Shown one piece after another: positions 8,804-15,491 of a stretch of DNA of 18,503 nucleotides (within the stretch, counting starts at the first letter, position 1; each line of letters opens with the position of its first letter). The notes under the pieces were generated by a model. It was not told the DNA's origin. It did not search any database and was given only the letters and a program-made list of their open reading frames with translations. A program made the translations under genes and the position numbers. The stretch comes from Verrucomicrobiota bacterium (lineage in GTDB: Bacteria > Verrucomicrobiota > Verrucomicrobiia > Limisphaerales > CANJSG01), in NCBI GenBank assembly GCA_038209745.1, contig JBBQXJ010000090.1, forward strand, positions 1-18,503. Direction: 5' to 3'.

Positions 8804-8832
8804 AGAATTACCGGTCCGGAGCGTTCTGGCTA
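8804..8832 (-). promoter_or_regulatory. Putative leaderless promoter of dusB
   Basis: TAGCCA-17-AATTCT, then 6 nt to GTG 8797; no SD. Confidence 0.4.
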
Positions 8833-8866
8833 GAGGGTGCCGCGTTTCGATGAGTTTTCAAATCCC

Positions 8867-8961
8867 GCGCCAGCGTCGTGGACTGCGCAGGTGCTCCGGC
8901 GCTTTTGGTGGGGCTGATCCGCCTTTCCTAACCTCCTCCTTGAAGCGGTGGAGCCCCACCA
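8867..8961. repeat. Degenerate palindromic repeat plus stem-loop in the dusB/metallophosphoesterase gap
   Basis: gcgccagcgtcgtggactgcgcaggtgctccggcgctttt has a partial inverted partner aagcggtggagcccc. There is also a perfect 10-bp stem tggtggggct (8906-8915) / agccccacca (8952-8961) extended by ccgc/gcgg. Confidence 0.5.
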
Positions 8962-9058
8962 CTATGGGTGCGGAGCTGAGGACCGGCGCGTTACCAGATT
9001 CCGGATGAGCTTAATGAATGCGCGTTGGCAACCGTTGCGATGCGTTCCACGACAGGTC

Positions 9059-9829
9059 TCAGATTTCCACCACCGTGATCTCCGGCCGACAGCGGAACCG
9101 GATCCTGAAGTAGAATTCGCCGATGCCGGCGCTGACATACATGGGACCGGATGGCGTGTCGTAGAGCCCCATCTCGTAGCGACCCGAATCGAAAGGGGTG
9201 ATGAGCGCGCCGATGAAGGGCAGCCGCACTTGGCCGCCATGGGTGTGGCCGGAGAGGATCAGATCCCAGCCCTGGTGCGGGAGCGTGTCGGCCCAGCCGG
9301 GATAATGAAGCAGAAGAATATTGGTCGCGCCGAGGATCGGAGTCGGCAGACGGTTCATCCGGTCCACGCCGCTGACCACAGTTTCGGTTCCAGCAAGTTT
9401 CACCTGTCGATCAACGAGCCAATCGCCGCCGGTCTTGCGGCAAAGTTCCGCCAATGGACCCAGGTCCACCTCGCTCCAGTGGTCGTGGTTTCCGGGGATC
9501 GCGTAGAGCGGGCAGGTCAGCTTCGCGAGTTCTTCCACGGCCACCGCGAAGTGCCGCGCCTCCTCGATCAGATCGCCGGTGAAGCAGGCGAAGTCGGGCT
9601 TCAGGCCGTTGATCGTCGCGACGACTCGCCGGAGATAGTCGACGTCGCCCTTGAAATGGATGTCGGTGAAGTGGACGAAGCGATGGCGCGGCGCGGCCTT
9701 CGCCAGGCGAAGCGACCGGACCTGCAGCCAACCGGGCTCCACCCTCGCCGCATCCGCCAACGCGGCCGCCGGCAGCCCGAGTCCCAGACCCAGCAGCAGA
9801 CGACGGCGTGAAAAACGGAGCTTGGCCAT
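9059..9829 (-). CDS. Calcineurin-like metallophosphoesterase (YkuE/YaeI family), 256 aa
   Basis: Motifs FTDIH, FTGDL, PGNHD, LLLHYP, LSGHTHGGQV and R..CRPEI. N-terminal SRRRLL plus a hydrophobic stretch (twin-arginine-like). ATG at 9829. Confidence 0.93.
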   Translation of the reverse strand: MAKLRFSRRRLLLGLGLGLPAAALADAARVEPGWLQVRSLRLAKAAPRHRFVHFTDIHFKGDVDYLRRVVATINGLKPDFACFTGDLIEEARHFAVAVEELAKLTCPLYAIPGNHDHWSEVDLGPLAELCRKTGGDWLVDRQVKLAGTETVVSGVDRMNRLPTPILGATNILLLHYPGWADTLPHQGWDLILSGHTHGGQVRLPFIGALITPFDSGRYEMGLYDTPSGPMYVSAGIGEFYFRIRFRCRPEITVVEI

Positions 9830-9841
9830 TCCTGTGGGAAG

Positions 9842-9924
9842 ACCTTTCACCCGGACCTTCGTCACGGTCAATTCCCGGACTGCGCGGTCGGACGATTGAC
9901 GCCGCCGCCGGCAAGCGGCCTGCT
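9842..9924. promoter_or_regulatory. Back-to-back divergent promoters (metallophosphoesterase / HAD)
   Basis: Minus strand: TTGACC (9871-9866)-18-AAAGGT. Plus strand: TTGACG (9896-9901)-17-CCTGCT-7 nt-ATG 9932. Both -10 elements are weak. Confidence 0.45.
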
Positions 9925-9931
9925 CTGGCGG

Positions 9932-10651
9932 ATGATTCGCGCCGTGACCTTCGATGTCGGTGGCACCCTGATCCGCCCTTGGCCGTCGGTGGGCCATGTC
10001 TATGCCGAAGTGGCGGCGGAAAACGGTTTCGCCGGGCTGGATCCGGACGAACTGACGCAACGCTTCGGCCAAGCGTGGTCGCGACTGAAACCCAGCCACT
10101 ATTCCCGGGAGGAATGGGCGGCCATCGTGGACGCCACCTTTGCCGGACTGATCCCGGACGGTGCGAGCGAAGCCCTGTTCCCCGCGCTCTACGACCGGTT
10201 CAACGACGCCCGCTGTTGGGAACTCTTCGCCGATGTGCTGCCGACCCTGCTGTCGCTGAAGATGGCCGGCTTGAAACTCGTGATCCTCTCGAACTGGGAT
10301 GAACGGCTGCGACCGCTGCTGGCCAGGCTGGAACTGCTGCCGGCTTTCGACGAGGTGGTCGTCTCCTGCGAAGCCGGCGCCGCCAAGCCGGCCCGCGCCA
10401 TCTTCGAGACGGCCGAAGCCCGTTTGAAACTGTTGCCCAGCGAGCTGCTCCACATCGGCGACAGCCCGCGCGAAGACCTGGCCGGAGCCCTCGCCTGCGG
10501 TTGGAACGCCCTCCTGATCGACCGCTCCCGAGCGGCGGCCCCCGACCGGGTGGCGAGCCTCGCCCAGCTGGTCGACCATCGGCTCCTGCGCCGCCCGGTC
10601 TCGACGCCTACTTCCCCTGCGCCGCGAAGATGTTCGCCTCCTGCTCCGTGA
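9932..10651 (+). CDS. HAD-superfamily hydrolase, subfamily IA (REG-2-like), 239 aa
   Basis: Motif I AVTFDVGGTL, motif II ILSNWDERL, motif III KP..AIF, motif IV HIGDSPREDLAGA..GW. The 3' end overlaps the convergent gene by 44 bp. Confidence 0.92.
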   Translation: MIRAVTFDVGGTLIRPWPSVGHVYAEVAAENGFAGLDPDELTQRFGQAWSRLKPSHYSREEWAAIVDATFAGLIPDGASEALFPALYDRFNDARCWELFADVLPTLLSLKMAGLKLVILSNWDERLRPLLARLELLPAFDEVVVSCEAGAAKPARAIFETAEARLKLLPSELLHIGDSPREDLAGALACGWNALLIDRSRAAAPDRVASLAQLVDHRLLRRPVSTPTSPAPRRCSPPAP

Positions 10652-10958
10652 TCTTGCCGTCGCGGTTCGTGTCACAGCGGAGCACCGCTTCGTTGAACGC
10701 GCCATTGGGGCCGCGCACCGTCTTGACCTTGTGATGGAAAACGATGGGCAGGTCCACCTCGGTGCTCGTCTCGTCGGAGCGCCCGCCCGGCTTCTTGCTC
10801 AACGCCTCGAAGAAGACCCGCCCGGCCGTCTCCGATTCGAACGACACCGGCATGCGCTCCGTGTCCTGATAGACCGTTTCGTCGTGGCTGATGCAGCCGG
10901 TGGTGAGACCCGCGGCCACGGAGACAAGGACCAGGGCGGAAGTGAAGGTGGTTTTCAT
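10608..10958 (-). CDS. Small lipoprotein with a C-terminal EF-hand loop, 116 aa
   Basis: Signal MKTTFTSALVLVSVAAGLTTG|C and a canonical 12-residue loop DTNRDGKITEQE. Confidence 0.85.
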   Translation of the reverse strand: MKTTFTSALVLVSVAAGLTTGCISHDETVYQDTERMPVSFESETAGRVFFEALSKKPGGRSDETSTEVDLPIVFHHKVKTVRGPNGAFNEAVLRCDTNRDGKITEQEANIFAAQGK

Positions 10959-11085
10959 GGAAATAATGGTTGGATGGACGAAACCCTCCCGCCGCCGATT
11001 CGATCTTGGAAGCGCGGAATGGCGGAACCGTGGTCGACCTTATCAAAGCGGTTGCAGCCGCAGCGGAGGCATCTGCTGGGCAAGA

Positions 11086-11209
11086 GCAGGACCGGCTTCG
11101 ACTCTGTCCTTGAGGCCGGAGGGCGCTCACCGATCAGCCGGTGCCAACGACGGCGGGAAAACCCCGCATTCGTCCACGTCCGTCAGGTCAGGCTGGAAGT
11201 CTCACCTCC
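11086..11209. repeat. Decayed inverted REP pair
   Basis: GCAGGACCGGCTTCGACTCTGTCCT (11086-11110) and minus-strand GGAGGTGAGACTTCCAGCCTGACCT (11209-11185) are 16/25 identical. Each is an imperfect palindrome behind a GNAG tag. Confidence 0.45.
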
Positions 11210-11236
11210 GTTCAACTGCATGACCCTTGCCGGCGA

Positions 11237-11265
11237 TTGACCTTCCCAGCCCCAAAGCGGAGCCT
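11237..11265 (+). promoter_or_regulatory. Putative leaderless promoter
   Basis: TTGACC-17-GAGCCT-7 nt-GTG 11273. Confidence 0.5.
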
Positions 11266-11272
11266 CTGGCAC

Positions 11273-12790
11273 GTGATCGCCAAGCCGCCTCCCCTGCCCG
11301 GTGCCCGGCGCAGCCGCCTCCGCATCGACCGGCCGCTTCTGGTGGTTCTGACCGTCCTCGCCGTCGTATTCGGCGGGCTCCTGGTCTGGCACATCTCCTT
11401 CCGCATCCGAACGAACAACACGATCAAACGCCTCGAAGCCAAGGCGCGGGCCAATGGGGAGCCCGTGACCATCACGGAGTTGATCGCAAGCTACCCGCCG
11501 ATCCCAGACGAGGAGAATGCGGCCATTCCTTTGGTGGCGCTTTGGGAAAAGGAAGATCCGGGATTCTGGGCGGCATATCGGGCAAACCGCCGACCGCTTC
11601 CGTCGACGAGTCCGATAAGCACACCTGAAGGGTTGCCCGTCATGACGACCGGTTGGAACCATGCTTCTGCGGCTCATCCATTGGATGCCGACACTCTCGC
11701 TGTGGCTGAGAAGTTCCTGATGGACCATTCGGAACATGCGGCGCTGCTCCACGACGCCTTGAAGCGAAGGAAAGCGCGGTTCCTTGTCCGCTTCGAGGAA
11801 GGTGTTATGGTGCCACTACCACATCTCTCGCGAATGAAGTTCGAGGCGCAGTTCCTTCGGATCGAATCATTGGTGCTGATGGCCAAGGAAGACACGAATG
11901 GAGCGGTCGAAGCCGTGGTGGACGGCTTCGCGCTCGCGGAGTTGTTGAAGGAGGAACCGCTTATCATCAGCCAGCTCGTTCGAGTGGCGTGCCAAGGGAT
12001 CGCGGTTCGAGGCGTCGAGGATCTACTCAATCAGGCCACGCTCTCACCCGCACAGATCGCCGCGCTCGAAACGGCAAGCCGCCGATCCGCCGATCCACGT
12101 CTTGTCCGGAAAGCGCTTCTGGGTGAGCGGGTCCTATCTGCGGACGTCTTCAGCAGTCTGCCCAAGCTGATGGTCTTGATGGATCAGCCGGAATCCGATG
12201 GCGCCCAGGACACATCATCGACCGGGAATACGATCATGATGAACCTCTGGCAAATGTCGGGACTCGCACAAACCGATCACGCGTGTCTTCTCGGCATATT
12301 CGACCGGGCGATCACGGCCGCAGCGTTGGATCTTCCCGAAGGCTTGAAAGCTTACGAGGCCGCTTTTGCCGGTCTCGACAAGGGTAGACGGCCGACGCCT
12401 TCAACGTTCGTCAGCCGGATGCTGCTTCCAGCCTTGAGCCGAAGCCTTGCACACCAGGCTTCGGCGGACGCGCGCCGCCGCTGCGCCGAAACCGCACTGG
12501 CCATCGAACGCTTCCGCCTTTCCAACGGAGGAGGCCTGCCCGACACCTTGGAGGCATTGACCCCGACCTTTCTGGCGGAGACCCCCAAGGACCCGTTCGA
12601 CGGGAAGCCTCTTCGCTATCTGCGGAAGAAGACCGGCTATCTGGTCTATTCCATCGCGGCGGACCGGGTGGATGACCACGGCATGACCCTCGAAGACGCG
12701 AAAAAGTCGGCAGCTCGGCTAAGGCTCGCAGGAAAGGTGGAACCCTCGGGAAAGCTCCAGTTCGACGAGACTTTCACCGTCGAGCGCTAG
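11273..12790 (+). CDS. Membrane-anchored hypothetical protein with T2SS-G/pseudopilin-like C-terminus, about 505 aa
   Basis: One N-terminal TM (LLVVLTVLAVVFGGLLVW), GEPVTITEL, DEENAA, LPHLSRMK, EPLIISQLVRVA, and C-terminal LAIERFRLSNGGGLPDTLEALTPTFLAETPKDPFDGKPLRY...VYSIAADRVDDHG. Start inferred from promoter geometry. Confidence 0.85.
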   Translation: MIAKPPPLPGARRSRLRIDRPLLVVLTVLAVVFGGLLVWHISFRIRTNNTIKRLEAKARANGEPVTITELIASYPPIPDEENAAIPLVALWEKEDPGFWAAYRANRRPLPSTSPISTPEGLPVMTTGWNHASAAHPLDADTLAVAEKFLMDHSEHAALLHDALKRRKARFLVRFEEGVMVPLPHLSRMKFEAQFLRIESLVLMAKEDTNGAVEAVVDGFALAELLKEEPLIISQLVRVACQGIAVRGVEDLLNQATLSPAQIAALETASRRSADPRLVRKALLGERVLSADVFSSLPKLMVLMDQPESDGAQDTSSTGNTIMMNLWQMSGLAQTDHACLLGIFDRAITAAALDLPEGLKAYEAAFAGLDKGRRPTPSTFVSRMLLPALSRSLAHQASADARRRCAETALAIERFRLSNGGGLPDTLEALTPTFLAETPKDPFDGKPLRYLRKKTGYLVYSIAADRVDDHGMTLEDAKKSAARLRLAGKVEPSGKLQFDETFTVER

Positions 12791-12792
12791 TC

Positions 12793-12862
12793 GCGGTTTA
12801 AGGAATCTCGTGGCCGTGTCCTTCAAGACCGGGCAAACCGGCTGCGACTTTTCTTAAACTGC
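12793..12862 (+). other. 70-nt hairpin (terminator/3' stabiliser or miniature inverted-repeat element)
   Basis: 24-nt arms gcggtttaaggaatctcgtggccg / cggctgcgacttttcttaaactgc give 18 Watson-Crick pairs, 4 G-U pairs and 2 mismatches; inner stem tgtcc/gggca. Confidence 0.7.
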
Positions 12863-12881
12863 CCTGGCCGCAACGCCGTCT

Positions 12882-12910
12882 TTGCCTTCCATCGGGTCGC
12901 CTCCTACGCT
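12882..12910 (+). promoter_or_regulatory. Leaderless promoter of trpD
   Basis: TTGCCT-17-TACGCT-7 nt-GTG 12918; no SD. Confidence 0.65.
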
Positions 12911-12917
12911 CAGCCCC

Positions 12918-13964
12918 GTGCTCGCCGAACTGACCCAGCAGCTCGCCGCCTCCGCCGATCTCGCGGCGGAGCAGATTCTCCATGCCTTCACGGCGTTGAC
13001 CGATGAAGCGGTGGCGGTCGAGGTCAAGGCGGACTTCCTGATCGCCTTGGCGCGGAAGGGCGAGACGGCGGAAGAGATCGCCGGGTTCGCCAAGGAGCTG
13101 CGGGCGGTGTCCATCCGGCCGCCGATCTCGGAAGCGCTGAGACAGGGCGACATCCTCGATGTCTGCGGCACCGGCGGCGACCAGCTGAACACCTTCAACA
13201 TCTCCACCACCGTCGCCCTCGTCGCGGCGGCGGCGGGCGTGGTGGTGGCCAAGCACGGCAACCGCGCCATCACCTCCCAGTCTGGCAGCGCCGATGTGCT
13301 GGAGGCGCTCGGCATCCCCGTGAACCTTTCGCCCGAGGCGGCGGCGGCGGCGCTGGAGGAGCACGGGTTCGCCTTCTTCTTCGCCCCGAACTTCCATCCC
13401 GCCTTCCAGCACATCGGGCCGGTGCGGAAGCACTGCGCACAGCGCGGCCAAAGGACGATCTTCAATTTCCTCGGCCCCGTGCTGAATCCCGCCCGGCCCA
13501 CCGTGCAACTGCTCGGCGTCTCGCGGCCGGAGCTCTGTGAACCGCTGGCGCACGTGCTCCAGGCTCTCGGCCTGCGCCGCGCAATGGTGGTGAGCGGCTC
13601 GGTGGTCGAAGACGGCGCAGCCCGCTCGCTGGACGAGCTGTCCACGCTCGGACCCAGCCGCATCGCGGAGTTCCACCACGACCGCGCGTTCCATGTCTCC
13701 GAGTTCGATCCGGCCATGCTGCCCATCCGCCCGGCGTCGTTGGCCGATCTGCGCGGCGGCGACAAACAGACCAACGCCGAGATCATCCGGCAGATCCTGC
13801 GTGGCGACGACCAGGGCCCGCGACGCGACGCGGTGCTGCTGAACACGGCCGCCGCCCTGTTCCTCGCCGGCAAGACCAAGTCGCTGACCGAAGGGTGGAC
13901 CCTGGCCGAACAGACGATCGATTCGGGCGCGGCGACGCGGAAGCTCGGAGAGCTCGCCGCATGA
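12918..13964 (+). CDS. trpD: Anthranilate phosphoribosyltransferase, 348 aa
   Basis: KGETAEEIAGFA, DVCGTGGD, FNISTT, KHGNRAITSQSGSADVLEALG, RTIFNFLGPVLNPA, DELST. GTG start. Confidence 0.96.
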   Translation: MLAELTQQLAASADLAAEQILHAFTALTDEAVAVEVKADFLIALARKGETAEEIAGFAKELRAVSIRPPISEALRQGDILDVCGTGGDQLNTFNISTTVALVAAAAGVVVAKHGNRAITSQSGSADVLEALGIPVNLSPEAAAAALEEHGFAFFFAPNFHPAFQHIGPVRKHCAQRGQRTIFNFLGPVLNPARPTVQLLGVSRPELCEPLAHVLQALGLRRAMVVSGSVVEDGAARSLDELSTLGPSRIAEFHHDRAFHVSEFDPAMLPIRPASLADLRGGDKQTNAEIIRQILRGDDQGPRRDAVLLNTAAALFLAGKTKSLTEGWTLAEQTIDSGAATRKLGELAA

Positions 13965-14470
13965 GCGACGACGGCGAAGAACCGTTGTATTTCGTCATCG
14001 GGCCCGACAACCGCCGCTACGGGCCCCACCCTGCCCGAATCCTCCAGGAATGGCGCCGTGATCGCCGCATCGGATCGGAATCCCATGCTTGCGCCGCGGG
14101 CGACACCGAGTGGCGGACGCTGCGGGATTTCCCCGAACTCTACGCCTCGCTTCCTCCCGGATTTCCACCGTCCCGGACCAAACCGCCTCCGGTCCCGCTT
14201 TCCGCCGCGGCCTTGCGCGACGCGGAGATCGCGATCCCCAACCATCTCATCGCCGCCATCCTATTGACCCTGATCGGCTGCATGCCGCTGGGAATGATGG
14301 CGATGTATTACTCGCACCGCGTCGGCGCCCTCGTCCGCAAGGGCGACATCGACGGCGCGTGGCGGGCGTCGCGCCTGTGCCGGATCTGGTGTTGGATCAC
14401 CTTCCTCGCCGGGTTTCCCGCATCCGTCCTCTTGGTCACCGCCCTTTCGAAATGGCTGGGCCTCAGCTAA
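13961..14470 (+). CDS. GYF_2 (DUF4339-like) plus CD225/dispanin domain membrane protein, 169 aa
   Basis: N-terminal YFVIGPDNRRYGP...LQEWRRDRRI...EWRTLRDFPEL, a Pro-rich linker, then IPNHLIAAILLTLIGCMPLGMMAMYYSHRV...GDIDGAWRASR..RIWCW. ATGA overlap with the trpD stop. Confidence 0.85.
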   Translation: MSDDGEEPLYFVIGPDNRRYGPHPARILQEWRRDRRIGSESHACAAGDTEWRTLRDFPELYASLPPGFPPSRTKPPPVPLSAAALRDAEIAIPNHLIAAILLTLIGCMPLGMMAMYYSHRVGALVRKGDIDGAWRASRLCRIWCWITFLAGFPASVLLVTALSKWLGLS

Positions 14471-14478
14471 ACCATCGC

Positions 14479-14850
14479 ATGGCCAATCTCCCTGGATTCA
14501 TAAGCCTGAAACGACCGCTCAACCGGAAGGAGGCGCTGCTGTGCCTGCTGGTCAACGTCGCGGCGACACCGGGGCTCGGAACCTTTTGGGCGCGGCGCTG
14601 GGCCGGGGTGCCGCAGTTGCTGCTCTCGGTCTCGGGCTTCGGGATCTTCATCGGGGTCTTCGGCTGGTATGTCGCGAAGTCTACCGAGACCCTGGAACCG
14701 GCGTCGTTCGCCGGCACCCCGATGCTGTGGTTGAAGGGGGCGATGCTGCTCTTCGGCCTCGCCTGGGTCTGGAGCGCGATCAGCGGCGCGCTGATCCTGA
14801 AGGCGACCTTGCCGATCACCGAGAAGACCCCGCCGCCGGTGCCGAGGTAG
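14479..14850 (+). CDS. Hypothetical membrane protein (about 3 TM), 123 aa
   Basis: ATG 8 nt after the previous stop; LLVNVAATPGLGTFW, hydrophobic segments, PPPVP tail; host-like codon bias. Confidence 0.8.
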   Translation: MANLPGFISLKRPLNRKEALLCLLVNVAATPGLGTFWARRWAGVPQLLLSVSGFGIFIGVFGWYVAKSTETLEPASFAGTPMLWLKGAMLLFGLAWVWSAISGALILKATLPITEKTPPPVPR

Positions 14851-14956
14851 GACGAGACGGGTCAGTCCGTGTGGCAGGCACCGCGTTTCGGAAATCCTTC
14901 CCGAGAATGCCCCACCAGTTCACAAGTCTCACGGGCGCTGGACCGCATGGTTGGCC
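14847..14956 (-). other. attC-like long imperfect palindrome (degenerate)
   Basis: Minus strand: GGCCAAC-5 nt-GGTCCAG ... CTGACC-6 nt-GTCCTAC, with internal stems ccgtg/cacgg, tggtggggcat/gtgcctgcca and tcgggaa/tttccga. The R' position reads GTC rather than GTT. Confidence 0.35.
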
Positions 14957-14964
14957 CCGTCATG

Positions 14965-15282
14965 TCAGCCTTCCATCTTCTTCCGAGATCCCCGAACCAA
15001 CGTGAACAACCCGACCACGGCGACGATGCTGAGAAACCGAAAATCCACGTTATAGCTGACCTGCATGATGCCGTCCGCGCTTGACGAAACCGTCTTGTAA
15101 GCAAGCAGCGAACGGCCACGAACGGCCCGCATGAGCAAAAGAACGAATGGCTCAAGAAACCCTGCGCCGAGAAGAAGCCAGCCATACGCGTGCTGACGAA
15201 GGAACAACGTGACGCAAAAATACAACGCGAGTATCGCCATTACGAAGTGAAGCAACTGCGATCCGATGGCGAGAGTTTCCAC
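14965..15282 (-). CDS. Low-GC hypothetical membrane protein, about 105 aa
   Basis: Three hydrophobic segments (LLHFVMAILALYFCVTLFL, GWLLLGAGFLEPFVLLLM, FLSIVAVVGLFTLV). GC is about 52-55% in sampled 60-nt lines. Start uncertain: GTG 15282, ATG 15240, or the ORF start 15441. Confidence 0.65.
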   Translation of the reverse strand: METLAIGSQLLHFVMAILALYFCVTLFLRQHAYGWLLLGAGFLEPFVLLLMRAVRGRSLLAYKTVSSSADGIMQVSYNVDFRFLSIVAVVGLFTLVRGSRKKMEG

Positions 15283-15491
15283 TGAGGCCCAGCGTCGTTG
15301 ATGGGCTGAATCGACAGAAGTCAATTGAGACGGTTCGACGCCAGACACCTTTGGTTTCCAGAAGACACCGAGTGGTCTTGGTGACGTCGCCAGCACAAGT
15401 CCAGCAGGACTGACCCATCCGACGGAAACGGATCGGACCACGAGAGGCAGAACGAAGACTCCCCTCGTCCTCCACGATCCGGCGGTCCCGC

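Noticed and set aside
9830..10705. 548-aa version of the metallophosphoesterase ORF
   Set aside because: The extension is antisense to the HAD gene; the real protein begins at the twin-arginine-like leader (9829).
12790..12917. trp attenuator or T-box upstream of trpD
   Set aside because: No leader peptide with tandem Trp codons and no T-box motif; the hairpin lies upstream of the predicted promoter.
15390..15402. 13-mer ccagcacaagtcc also present on the minus strand near 18433-18445
   Set aside because: Short isolated match inside a coding frame; compatible with chance in an 18-kb window.
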